Shown here piece by piece: positions 47,123 through 59,610 of a stretch of DNA of 64,000 nucleotides. Each line of letters opens with the position of its first letter. Within the stretch, counting starts at the first letter, position 1. The position numbers and the translations under genes were made by a program. Location of the stretch: assembly GCA_002269645.1 (NCBI GenBank), contig NIVC01001751.1:178127-242126 (forward strand). The letters are read 5' to 3'. The notes under the pieces are model-generated. The model did not search any database. It was not told the DNA's origin and saw only the letters and a list, made by a program, of their open reading frames with translations. This DNA is from Macrostomum lignano. Lineage: Eukaryota.

Positions 47123-50100
47123 CGCCTATCGTGCCGCAGCACTGTGGCCGACGAATAGGCCGGCGGCCTGGCAGCATACGAGGACGCACCAGCCGTTGAT
47201 GCCGTGCTGGCTGTCGGCACCGAAGTCGACGTGACCAGACGAGCCCCGGGGCCGCCAGTTGACGTTGTAGAGGTAGCGGCCCGAATTTTGGCCCGATGCT
47301 GATAGTCGGCGGACGGTGCGCCAGTTGAGGTCATCGCCACTGTAGACGCTGTAGACGTTCTTGACAGATTGGGCCGGCCGGAGGACGACAGCGCCGACGT
47401 TGATGCCGGGTGCGCCAGCCGGATGCGCCGGTTCCGCTCGGCCTTGGCGTGGTTCAGCCGGTCGCCCTGGGTCTCCTCTTCGTTCTCGTTCACAACAGCC
47501 GGCTGGCTGGACGACGGCTGGTGAAAGCCGGCGCTCATGCTGCGCGTCACCGGGCCCTGCAGCGGGCGGCCCGCGGACAGAGCGGAGGGCGCGGTGCCGC
47601 CGCCGCCGCCGCTGCTGCCGGAATCGCGGTTCTTGCGCGCCCTGAGCAGATCGCCCTGCAGCCAGCACTTTGCCTGCTGCGACTCCAGCCAGTCCTGCTG
47701 CGGGCCAAGCACGGACCCCGGTCGGCAGATGCGGCACCAGGCGATAGACTCGGCGGCTGTCATGCGGTAATGCTTCATCAGGTAACAGGCGATTAGGGTG
47801 CCGGTGCGGCCCAGTCCGGCCTTGCAGTGGACTGCAACGGCGCCCTGCGTCTCCTCTGAGATGCGCAGGAACTCCTGCATGATGTCATCGGTGGGACAGG
47901 AGCCGTCAACAAAGAACAAATCGTAGTGCCGAAAGCCGGCCGCCGTGAACCGTTTGGCATCGTAGAGGCGCATGTTCAGCCGCACTACTGTGGTGACGCC
48001 GTGCTTGCGAAAGTAAGGAAAATACGCCTCCGGCGTGTGCAGCGGATAGCCGTCCCGCAGGCTGCTCTGCTCGTGTGGGCCGCAGAAGGCGATAAATTTG
48101 CCGGGAATGATCCAGTTCAGGTCGCCGTTCTCAACTTGCTGAAATGGGTTAATTGCCGTACATTATTGCACACTGACAGCGGTGACAGACTGGGATAGAG
48201 CACACTGACAGCGGTGACAGACTGGGATAGAGCACACTGACAGCGGTGACAGACTGGGATAGAGCACACTGACAGCGGTGACAGACTGGGATAGAGCACA
48301 CTGACAGCGGTGACAGACTGGGATAGAGCACACTGACAGCGGTGACAGACTGGGATAGAGCACACTGACAGCGGTGACAGACTGGGATAGAGCACACTGA
48401 CAGCGGTGACAGACTGGGATAGAGCACACTGACAGCGGTGACAGACTGGGATAGAGCACACTGACAGCGGTGACAGACTGGGATAGAGCACACTGACAGC
48501 GGTGACAGACTGGGATAGAGCACACTGACAGCGGTGACAGACTGGGATAGAGCACACTGACAGCGGTGACAGACTGGGATAGAGCACACTGACAGCGGTG
48601 ACAGACTGGGATAGAGCACACTGATAGCTGTGACAGACTGGGATAGAGCACACTGATAGCTGTGACAGACTGGGATAGAGCACACTGACAGCGCTGACAG
48701 ACTGGGATAGAGCACACTGATAGCTGTGACAGACTGGGATAGAGCACACTGACAGCGGTGACAGACTGGGATAGAGCACACTGATAGCTGTGACAGACTG
48801 GGATAGAGCACACTGATAGCTGTGACAGACTGGGATAGAGCACACTGACAGCGGTGACAGACTGGGATAGAGCACACTGACAGCGGTGACAGACTGGGAT
48901 AGAGCACACTGACAGCGGTGACAGACTGGGATAGAGCACACTGACAGCGGTGACAGACTGGGATAGAGCACACTGACAGCGGTGACAGACTGGGATAGAG
49001 CACACTGACAGCGGTGACAGACTGGGATAGAGCACACTGACAGCGGTGACAGACTGGGATAGAGCACACTGACAGCGGTGACAGACTGGGATAGAGCACA
49101 CTGACAGCGGTGACAGACTGGGATAGAGCACACTGACAGCGGTGACAGACTGGGATAGAGCACACTGACAGCGGTGACAGACTGGGATAGAGCACACTGA
49201 TAGCTGTGACAGACTGGGATAGAGCACACTGACAGCGGTGACAGACTGGGATAGAGCACACTGACAGCGGTGACAGACTGGGATAGAGCACACTGATAGC
49301 TGTGACAGACTGGGATAGAGCACACTGATAGCTGTGACAGACTGGGATAGAGCACACTGACAGCGGTGACAGACTGGGATAGAGCACACTGACAGCGGTG
49401 ACAGACTGGGATAGAGCACACTGACAGCGGTGACAGACTGGGATAGAGCACACTGACAGCGGTGACAGACTGGGATAGAGCACACTGACAGCGGTGACAG
49501 ACTGGGATAGAGCACACTGACAGCGGTGACAGACTGGGATAGAGCACACTGATAGCTGTGACAGACTGGGATAGAGCACACTGACAGCGGTGACAGACTG
49601 GGATAGAGCACACTGATAGCTGTGACAGACTGGGATAGAGCACACTGATAGCTGTGACAGACTGGGATAGAGCACACTGACAGCGGTGACAGACTGGGAT
49701 AGAGCACACTGACAGCGGTGACAGACTGGGATAGAGCACACTGACAGCGGTGACAGACTGGGATAGAGCACACTGACAGCGGTGACAGACTGGGATAGAG
49801 CACACTGACAGCGGTGACAGACTGGGATAGAGCACACTGACAGCGGTGACAGACTGGGATAGAGCACACTGACAGCGGTGACAGACTGGGATAGAGCACA
49901 CTGACAGCGGTGACAGACTGGGATAGAGCACACTGACAGCGGTGACAGACTGGGATAGAGCACACTGATAGCGGTGACAGACTGGGATAGAGCACACTGA
50001 TAGCTGTGACAGACTGGGATAGAGCACACTGATAGCTGTGACAGACTGGGATAGAGCACACTGATAGCGGTGACAGACTGGGATAGAGCACACTGACAGC

Positions 50101-53100
50101 GGTGACAGACTGGGATAGAGCACACTGATAGCTGTGACAGACTGGGATAGAGCACACTGATAGCTGTGACAGACTGGGATAGAGCACACTGACAGCGGTG
50201 ACAGACTGGGATAGAGCACACTGACAGCGGTGACAGACTGGGATAGAGCACACTGACAGCGGTGACAGACTGGGATAGAGCACACTGACAGCGGTGACAG
50301 ACTGGGATAGAGCACACTGACAGCGGTGACAGACTGGGATAGAGCACACTGACAGCGGTGACAGACTGGGATAGAGCACACTGATAGCGGTGACAGACTG
50401 GGATAGAGCACACTGATAGCTGTGACAGACTGGGATAGAGCACACTGATAGCTGTGACAGACTGGGATCGCCTCAAACGCGACTAACTTACCTCATAGTG
50501 CTCGTATTCTTCAACGTTGAAATTTTCAAAGTTAAAAAAGCCGTGTAGAAGAGCTTTGCTAACCGCGTGCAGGCAGTCCAGCAGGGTCAAATTGTACGTG
50601 CAAATGCCGTAGCTGGCGTCCCGGAACGGCAGATAGTGCAGGCCGGAGCCGCCAACCAGAGGCATGTAGGCCTCTTCCGGTGTTTTCTTCAGGTAGATAA
50701 TCTAAATTAATTGCGATAGGGTTTCGCAGTACTCAGCTGGATAGAAGTGTGGATTATGACTTGGGTTGCATAGCCAGCAGTTGAAATCTGATCACTTCCT
50801 CCAAAAGGCCGAATAAGCAGTGAGAAATTTGATGAAGGACAGAGTGAACTGTATATACTTGTGGCTAGAAATTGGTTTACTTTTAAATTTCGACCCGAAA
50901 CACATTTAAAAACGATCGATAAAAGCCTGTTTTCTATCGGTATTTTTCGTGCCTGTAGAATATTAACAATACACAATATATATAGTATTTTCAACACTAC
51001 AGCACAGACAAGAGAGCACTAGCGAGTTGGAACCGAACACTGGGAAGGGGGTGTGGCAGCTGTTTTCTTTCTGGCCATTCGGGAAGAAAGAAAGAATTGC
51101 AAAAGCAGACTAGAAGAACTAGGAGGCTATGGGAGCAGCAATGAACCACACGAGACCAGAGCAAGTATGAAATTATTGAATGAAAATTCAATATCTCTAA
51201 AGTGTCATTTGCATACCTGTTTGCATTTCTTCCTTCTTTGAGGCGCTATTTTGTCTTTTTTCCCGCTTTTCTGTGCGTCAAGTGCGCCTTTCAAAACTTC
51301 TCTATGAATTTTTAAGCATTACGTATTCCCTTTCGCATACTCTTAATTATATACAAATGTTAAAACAATTATTTACCAGTTAAAACAAATATTAAAAATG
51401 CTAATTGTAATACGGTTATATATGCTTTGATATATTGACATAAAATATGGTTATTTTCTTATTTTTATTTTCTTTCTTATTTTCTTATTCGCGATCATTG
51501 TAAAACTAGTCTACATCTTTTCTTTTTCTTTTCGATTTTTTCGTTCGAACTTCATTCGTACCTTATCTCGTAATCAAAGCAATACCTCGTAATTCGTACT
51601 CATTTTTGTACTCATATATATACTCATCAATACTCATATTCGTATTTATATTATAATTCTCTTATTTAAATACTTTAAAATTGTCGTTTCGTTGTTAGTC
51701 GTCACTTTTCGTCCAAAAATACCGTAAAAAATTCTGGCGCGCTTTCAAATACTTTATCATTTACAATAACGTCGAATCGTCTTTATAAACTTCTAGTTCG
51801 AATTTTTTTCCAAATACATTGCCGTATAATATATCGGCCAAACAGGCTAATTGCCTGAGCCAAATTCTTACTACTACTACTACTACTACATACCTGATAA
51901 GCTCCGACTAAGAAGGCAGCGTTAGCTCTCTTCTTAGGATTGACGCACGTGTAGTGCACTATTCGCTTCTTGGACAGGGAGAACGATTTGAACTTCTTGT
52001 TGAGCCTGCAGCAGTACTTGTACAGCATGGCCAGGTTGAGAGGCCCGAAATCTGCGTAGAAGCTGAAATGCGGGGCGCATCGGCGGGTGCACTAAAATAC
52101 CACTAACCACCTGCAAGTTGCGATGCAAGCTCCTATTGCATGCAGAAGCACAAATATCTGACAATGGCCTACCACCTGTTTACTGATGCCTGAGGAAGTG
52201 AGTACTGGCAGCAATAATACTTGTCGCGACTTTCCTATTCATTTCTTAGTTTACCTTTACTTGTCTCTGTTTACTCTGTTTTCTCTCTCTCTGTCTAGCT
52301 CAATCTTGTTATTCTTCTCTCTCTCCCTTGCTGCCTTCTGATTGGCTCTCCATTCTCACCTCTCTCTTTAGTCGCGCACTCCACCCTCTTTATTATCTTC
52401 AATTCAAACCCCCCTGCAATTTAATGTCATATAAATATACTGGTTTGGGCCCTGCGCCCACTTACTGGCTCCTTATCTTATTCAATTTAACATCTAATTT
52501 AAATGTAGTGTGTTTATTATTTTCTCGACAATACTTAATAACAATAATAATTGATTAAACCTGCCCTAATGGACAGGTGTGCAACCAACAGCTCAGCTGC
52601 AGCTATTGCGGCGCATCTGAAGGCTGCGTACGGCTGTTCAGTCCAAGGACTTAGGGGGTCGCTACACACCCTCAATTACCCCAGCTAATGCTGGCACCCA
52701 TTTTACAGCTGGGTGAACTAAAGCAACACAGAGTAAAGTGTCTTGCTCAATTACACATTGTTCCAGTGGGAGCGGGAATCGAACCCCCGACCTTAAAAGC
52801 TGTGAGTCTGACACTCTAACCACTAGGCTGCAATCCCGAATCTTAAGAGCAATGGCAGTATAACTGAGGAAGTTGGGTAATGGCAATGTACTGACAGCTG
52901 GGGAGTGAGTAGCTGCAATGTACTGATACCTGAGTAAGTGAGTAGCTGCAATGTACTGATCCCTGAGTAAGTGAGTAGCTGCAATGTACTGATACCTGAG
53001 TAAGTGAGTAGCTGCAATGTACTGATACCTGAGTAAGTGAGTAGCTGCAATGTACTGATACCTGAGTAAGTGAGTAGCTGCAATGTACTGATACCTGAGT

Positions 53101-54914
53101 AAGTGAGTAGCTGCAATGTACTGATACCTGAGTAAGTGAGTAGCTGCAATGTACTGATACCTGAGTAAGTGAGTAGTCGCAGTCTACTAATTGTTAATGC
53201 TGACTATATTTACTTACTTGGCATACACCAGCTCATCATCAATGGAGAAGTAATGTGTGCTGTTGGTGCTCTTTGGAGTTGTCTGCAGAGTAGCAAAGTA
53301 AAATCGATCTAAAAATGTAAAATAAGATTAGCAAATCAGTTAGACAATTCAAAATACTTTCAAAATAATAAATTTCTTAAAAGTACTCGCCTATAGACAT
53401 TCAAAAGCTAAGCAAATTTATTAAAATATCTGATCTTTTTGTCTATTTAGAAACAAAAAATTATTGTTGAATAACTCTATTGTTTCTTTAAAGGGGCTAA
53501 GGTTACTAATATTAAACTAAAGATAACAATCATAAGCCAATATATAGTAAAGGATATTTAGATTAGGATTTTTTATTTTAATAAAAGTTTTATTGCTATT
53601 TTCTTGATTATTAAACTATTAGATAGCAATTTGTAATTCACTGGTATAGAAAAATGTGTCCAAAGCAATTTATTTTTAGTTGTCTCTAATTTAAATTCTT
53701 TAAAAGCAAAATATAACTTCTAATATTTTAAACCAAAATGTTATGCTAAAAGACAATTTAATAATAGACAATTTGGTAATGGATAATTAGGTGACACTCA
53801 AACAAAGATAGTTTTTTTTATTTTTAATCATATGTTTTAAAAGGCTTTTGTCAATTTTATATTACCTAACTCTCATAAAACTTGGTCTCAACCAATAAAT
53901 GAATATAATTATGGCTAATTTTAAAGTATTATATTATAAAATATAATGTTCTAGGCATTGTTTATTATTAAAATGACAATTTTATTGTTTAATTTATTAA
54001 TTATATAGAATAGAATAAGGCTAAAGAGTTGCAACAAGCAATATAAAAATATAAGGTACAATTTGAACTTTCATCACAATGCCATAGGGCACTAGGTTTT
54101 TTGTGCAATAAGGATGCCAAATCATATCTTAAAATTAGACCTTGGATATTATTTTGCATTCTAGTTTGCATTTGCATTCAGATAGGGTATATTTTCCTTT
54201 TATATAATTTATTTGTCTAATATATTAATAAATTCTATTATTACCAAATGTTTAATCCTTTAAATACTTGTCATTAGATTTATCACATACTCATATATCT
54301 TATATTACATACTATTAATATATATCTAAATTTATAGCATAAATAACATGATATAGACTTAAGCTTAATACTTAGCCAACTAAGCCATATGGTAATTGGT
54401 TGTTTTACCCCTAAACCATTTTGGCCTTATGTTTTGCCCTTAGACCATTTTGCCCATAGACAATTTTGCCCATAGACCATTTTGCACCTAAGCCAATTTA
54501 GTCACAATAGTTTAGCCAAGGTTGAGGCAAATGCCTAGACTTGCAGAAAGTTGACAGATTTTTTTCTTGAAACTTTTTATGAAATGCTATATGTCTTTAG
54601 ATTATCATTAGCAAATTTATTATTAATTTCAATCACAACTCACAAATTGTATTATAATTATAAAGAAAAATGGCTTTGATTATTATGTAGTTTATTGCAA
54701 GTATGCTCCTAGAAAAATAATAACATTAACAATACTTTTATGATCGAGCAGCAAATTGTACTTGTGTCGCAGCATTTATATCATATTAGACCTAAAGTCA
54801 CAAGTGCAGGTTATAAATGACAATTTGAATTTTACACTTACCTTTTATAATTTCAGCTGCACTGACAACTACTGATGACAAAGATTCGTCATCATTAAAG
54901 ATTCCTTCTTTCAT
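47123..54914 (-). CDS. CDC14: CDC14 dual-specificity protein phosphatase (core exons; 3' end continues downstream)
   Basis: Exons 54914-54842 (MKEGIFNDD...AEIIK), 53308-53218 (DRFYFA...[10 protein letters not shown]), 52062-51894 ([14 protein letters not shown]...[12 protein letters not shown]), 50701-50492 ([10 protein letters not shown]...[10 protein letters not shown]), 48138-47123 ([14 protein letters not shown]...[11 protein letters not shown]...[11 protein letters not shown]). Phases are consistent and the HCxxGxGRT catalytic motif is intact. Confidence 0.96.
48170..50467. repeat. 32-bp minisatellite (~72 copies) filling a CDC14 intron
   Basis: GACAGCGGTGACAGACTGGGATAGAGCACACT with a GATAGCTGT variant; source of three ~770 aa pseudo-ORFs. 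Confidence 0.98.
52535..52837 (-). mobile_element. tRNA-derived SINE with a CORE-like central domain
   Basis: Reverse complement GGGATTGCAGCCTAGTGGTTAGAG (A box) ... GGTTCGATTCCC (B box) ... GAGCAAGACACTT...CAGCTGTAAAATGGG, with an ATT-rich tail. Confidence 0.78.
52890..53175. repeat. 33-bp minisatellite in a CDC14 intron
   Basis: GAGTAGCTGCAATGTACTGATACCTGAGTAAGT units. Confidence 0.93.
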
Positions 54915-55921
54915 CGAAAACTCTCTTGTTGGTCGAACCTGCTTAACCCCCTGTAAAATTTATACAAGAAGTCTTAAAAATCTAAATAAATTTAATTGTC
55001 TTTTAATAAAATCTGCATGAAATCGGCAGTGCAGGTGCAAACTACAAAATGTTAGTAGGAATGAATAAATATAATACAATATATGTTATATATCTAAATA
55101 TATATATCTTCGACTTAAGACTTATTCTCTAGCTCTAGACCATATACATCAATTACAATCTCTTTAATTCTAAATTTGAAACAAATTTAAATTTTGCGAA
55201 AACAGGAACATCGGCGTCCAAAGCGATAATTGAAGTATAACAATTTAACTTTTTCATTAGACTAATCCATATACTAAAAATAGAGCTACTAAAAAAGCCG
55301 ATAGCTTTTTGCTTATTTATATATTCCTTACAGATTGTATTGGTTCTGTGATGAATAGTACGCAAAGCATATGTACGTGTGTGCATTTCTGCTCTTCTAA
55401 CTCCTTGGTTTTTGGATTTGACGAAAAAGAAACCGACTGGATGGTGTTGAAATTCAATTTATTTAATATCTCTTTGTAGTGACAAACCTGAAAAACCAGC
55501 AAATCTCATTCTTCTGTATTCTTCTGTTTCTACATATATAATATTCATATGAAGTTACTTATTGTTGTAGATGCATGTCGATACACATGATATATGTGCA
55601 CATGCGCAGCAAAAGACGAAAGTAAATAGATTTGAGTTTTCTTTGGTCCGTACATGTAATAAAGGATGATTAGTATAACGTATATACTTACTTAAAGTAG
55701 TCCTTCATGCTGTGAAACCGTACCGCGGATATATGTGCATTAAATTCCAAAACATATATACGTGGTCCATGTCGCAAGCTTGCGTAAATCGATGCATTAT
55801 ACGCAGGTAGTCACAGGTAAGCTACGACTCGTCTCAATGTTGTAGTGTCTCTGTCTATTAGAACTCGCAATGCAGCAACACTTCGCGAGAATTTTTTCTA
55901 TGGTACTTACTTTTGCGAAAT

Positions 55922-56165
55922 CGCCCATCATAAACCCGAAATATCACAAACTCGAAATATCATAACTCCGAAAGTTCTAGCAATGTCCAACCCTATTTTG
56001 GCTTTCGGAGTTGTGATTTTTCGGGTTTATGATATTTCGGGTTTATGATGGGCGTTGCTAACACTTTCGGAGTTATGATGATATTTCGGGTTTGTGATTT
56101 TTCAGCGCTAATGAGCAATGCTATTTTGGCTTTCGGAGTTGTGATTTTTCGGGTTTATGATGGCG
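55922..56165. mobile_element. Palindromic MITE with internal subrepeats plus a duplicated right arm
   Basis: CGCCCATCATAAACCCGAAATATC...CTCCGAAAG pairs with CTTTCGGAG...TTCGGGTTTATGATGGGCG (55922-56054); second arm copy 56065-56165. Confidence 0.65.
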
Positions 56166-56289
56166 ACCCCACTCGTCCAACCCCTCCTTTCTTCTCCACT
56201 CAACCCCCTTTAGTTGAATTTACTCGTTACCCGTATAACCGTTTGGGCCCTGCGCCCCACTTACCAACCGTTTCTTCGCTCGCACGGAC

Positions 56290-58180
56290 GTATTCAGCAT
56301 GCCAGTGAAGTATGAGACAGACCAGGCCTATGGGCTAAGGTCTGCGATGCTCCACGCCTGCCCCTATCTTCAGCAGGTAAAGGCTGGTGGGAGGTCTGCA
56401 CCCTCTATTTGCCGCTGGCAGCCGCAGACCCCTTCCCACGTAGTTTCGCAAGCCGACCCAGGGGTACCCGTCCCCGCGAGTGTTCAAGGCAGACCCTAGG
56501 GCTGCCGGACTGACTAGGCTCCGGCGCTGGGAACTCATCTAGTGGCTTTTGCCGAACTAGGGTATGCAGGTTTGGCTCGCCAGTCCGCAGGCCGTGGTAC
56601 TGCTCAACGTACCCTCTAATGCCTAAGGTGTTCGACCGTGCCGAGGGTTGGAAGGCCGGGGAGTAGTCCGGTCGCTAGCAGTCCCCCTCCTGGTGTCGGG
56701 CCAGCCTTGAGGGTTCTTTTGGCCTACTTCCGGTCAGGTGGAGCAGCCGGGTGGGTACCGCTCCCCTTTGAGGGTAGCCTACCAACCTTTATCATGGCCT
56801 TCGAGCCGACTATGGATAATCAAGCTAATTCTAGGGACGGGGACCCTTCTAAACCCCAACCTCAGTCCGACGGACCGGCCGGCCCTGCTGGCAGATCCCA
56901 ACCGACTGATTCAACTGTGGCAAAGGGAGGACCGGCTGGCTCTGCTGGCAGATCCGACCAGAGAGCTACCAAAACAAAAGTACCCAAAGACCTGCCAGCT
57001 CTACTGGTGGATCTAAGGGAACCGCGGGCTCTGAACCTAAAGGACCGGCCAAATCTGGCAGATCCGACGAAGCTCAGCGGGCTCGGCTTGAGCGCAAACG
57101 CGCTAAGCAACGCGCCAAAAGGCAGGCCAAGAAGGGAGCCGCGGGGGCCAAAGTGGCGGCGTCCACCATGGATGCTGAAGCGACTGGCGTCCCAAGGCAA
57201 CCAGACGGGCCGGCCGGTGGAAGCTCCAGTAGTTCGCCAGGGCGCTCCCTGGAGATGCTGCTGCGGCTGCTGAGGCCGAAACTATGGCGCAACAAATAGC
57301 CACTGCCAACAAGGAGGTTCCTTCGGGAGCTACCTTAGCGGCGAAGGCCAAGGCCAAAATCCCGGGAGTGATCATTCAAGGTCGCGACCAGGACTGGACC
57401 ACTGGTCAGCTTCAAAATGTGTGGAGTGCTATTGACTCCTATCTGATTGAGCTGACTGTCGAGGAGGGAATCTCCATTGGCATTGAGCGGATGGTGCTGC
57501 GAAGCACATTCGTTCTTATTGCTCCCAGCAGTGAGGAGGACGCTCAGCAGCTGCTCCAGCGGCTGACGACGGTCTCCTTGGATGCTGACCTCGGCGGAGC
57601 CCTTTTTCTTCGCGAAGGCCAGCGTCCAAAGAGTCCCTACGTGGTTTTTGTCCCCGCAAAGAGCACCGCAGCTGGACCAAACGTTATCCTGGCTGTGTCA
57701 TCGACTCGCGAATCAAAGCGTGGATCAGGACCCAGCACCGCTCGACTTGGGCGAACTACACTACCTGCATGCAATCCAGAGGCACTGTCCCTCAGCCCTC
57801 TCACCAGCTCCGGAAGCTCGTCCTGCGCCTCTCGAGCAGCGACATCCGGGCTGCCACCATGACCCTCTCAGGTCACGGCTGCTTCTGTCAGCATCTGTCC
57901 CGCCTTTACGCGAGCCAGACTCACTTACCTCGGGCCACACACATCTATTACTGAAGCGTGCAAACCCGAAAACTTTAATTAGCTCATGCGCTACATGTAC
58001 CTCTGGGCCCCCGCAGGGCTGAACTCTCCTTTCCAGAGAGCACCATAGCTGCTGGCGACAGTAGGGGACCTCCCTGGGCGGCGCCAACCCTTCGTCCATA
58101 GCGACGCATCGGCCGTTTAGGGATTAGCGGAATGGGCGTTCGTGCCTTCCCGCTGTGTCCCCCCGGGACAGCCCTGCAGC
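56290..58180 (+). mobile_element. Decayed non-LTR retrotransposon 5' region with a frameshifted ORF1 (gag-like)
   Basis: Joining frames gives MAFEPTMDNQ... basic RKRAKQRAKRQAKK ... ATLAAKAKAKIPGVII...; the layout resembles R1/LOA-type ORF1; no RT follows. Family assignment and boundaries are inference. Confidence 0.5.
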
Positions 58181-58773
58181 TACGTCAAGTAAGACCGTTT
58201 CTTCAATTCTAGCTAAATAACACTATAGCTAATTTCTATTATTTTTCTCTCGAATTACGCTGCTTCTACAGAAGATACTAGCTGCGTGCCGAACATTTTT
58301 CCTTTCCAGGCTCAAATTATTCAATGACCTGTACAGATTTCATCAATTGTAAGTAGAAGCACTTACCCTCTCAGATTCAGGCTATCAATCTTTGGCTTAT
58401 TATAGTTCTCAGCTGTGGCCTTGACATCAGGGTGATTACTCAAAGCCTGAAGACAGTCTCTCTGTAGATGCCTAACACTCGGGGAATTGCTGATTTTGTT
58501 ATTATAGTCTGCAGGAACTTGTAGGAAGCAGGATGGACTGTGGTGCTGCAGAAGGCATGAAGATGCGAGTATCTCACTAAAATACGCCAGATTTTCATTT
58601 TTTAAGTTCGAAAGCCTTATTAGCTGCTCAATAAGACAATTTAGCTTTGCAAAAACAGCCTCTTCAGCTGAGGTGTCCGAATCTTTGTAGCTCTTGGCTT
58701 ACAGCCTAGCTGGCATTGGAATGACATGTCTTCAAAAAGGAAGCCGAGTGTCACTCACTGTGGTGAGCGAAGC

Positions 58774-58849
58774 CAAGGACCACTAGAAGTTACCGTTGTG
58801 AGTTACAAAATCGGTCGTGAGTTACAACGGTAACTTCTAGTGGTCCTTT
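58774..58849. mobile_element. 76-bp hairpin mini-element with 25-bp perfect inverted arms and an 8-bp flanking direct repeat
   Basis: AAGGACCACTAGAAGTTACCGTTGT (58775-58799) / ACAACGGTAACTTCTAGTGGTCCTT (58824-58848); AGCGAAGC on both sides. Confidence 0.7.
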
Positions 58850-59610
58850 AGCGAAGCAACAACCAAAGAGGCTTCCTGGAACTGCGTAACATGAAAAATC
58901 GACCTATAAAAAACGACCTATACTCTCGTATACGAGCTAAGCATAATTATCGATAGTATTTTATAATTAACAAAGCAATTTAAGCAATCAAAAGCAGGTG
59001 CATGTATACATGTAGATCTAGAAGCGGGTAAACCATCTCGATGGTTGCTTTGAGATGAGTTGGAATCAGTGACCAAATTCGGCTGGCCTTCTGTTAGCTA
59101 ACCAAACCCCGGGCCAATGTTACACACACCCACGCAAGCCCACATATTCAGCTGAAGTGGCCGGCCCGTCTCCCTTCGAATCAGTTTAGGACTGTATCGA
59201 CTGTTTGCCCACTGCGCCCATCCCCTCATAAGTCAACTGATCGCGTTAGATTGGCCCATGGCCCAGGCCCAAGATGCCATTTTATAATCGGCCCTCCGTG
59301 GCCACGATTCTTCCTCTCCCACTTACCTGCCCGAGCCTCAGTCAAGGTCAGAGCCGTCTAATAATTATTGCCTGTCAGGTTCTTTGGAAATTCAATCAGC
59401 TCTCCGGTTTTAGGTCACCACCGTAAGTTGTATTTTAACCTCTTCTGGGCCAGGGTCCAACTCTTACCTGCTGGTGCACCTTGCAATCTGGGTCAATACG
59501 AACATGCACACCAGTCATTCGAGTCGTTTAGGACTTATGATTGTACGTGTATACAACATCTCACCTGTTTCCACCAACCCACAAAAAATCCAGAAGTGAT
59601 TGCGCAAGTC

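Noticed and set aside
36200-47123. In-frame CDC14-tensin fusion replacing the missing tensin PTP domain
   Set aside because: The only phase-consistent exon chain I found creates a TAG at a junction; kept only as a possible polycistronic arrangement.
48117-50476. Three 760-775 aa Cys/Ser-rich ORFs
   Set aside because: They are translations of a 32-bp array lying between consensus splice sites of CDC14; all three frames are open only because the unit lacks stops.
52765-52837. Possible tRNA gene
   Set aside because: Acceptor and anticodon stems pair poorly and the sequence continues into a SINE body and tail.
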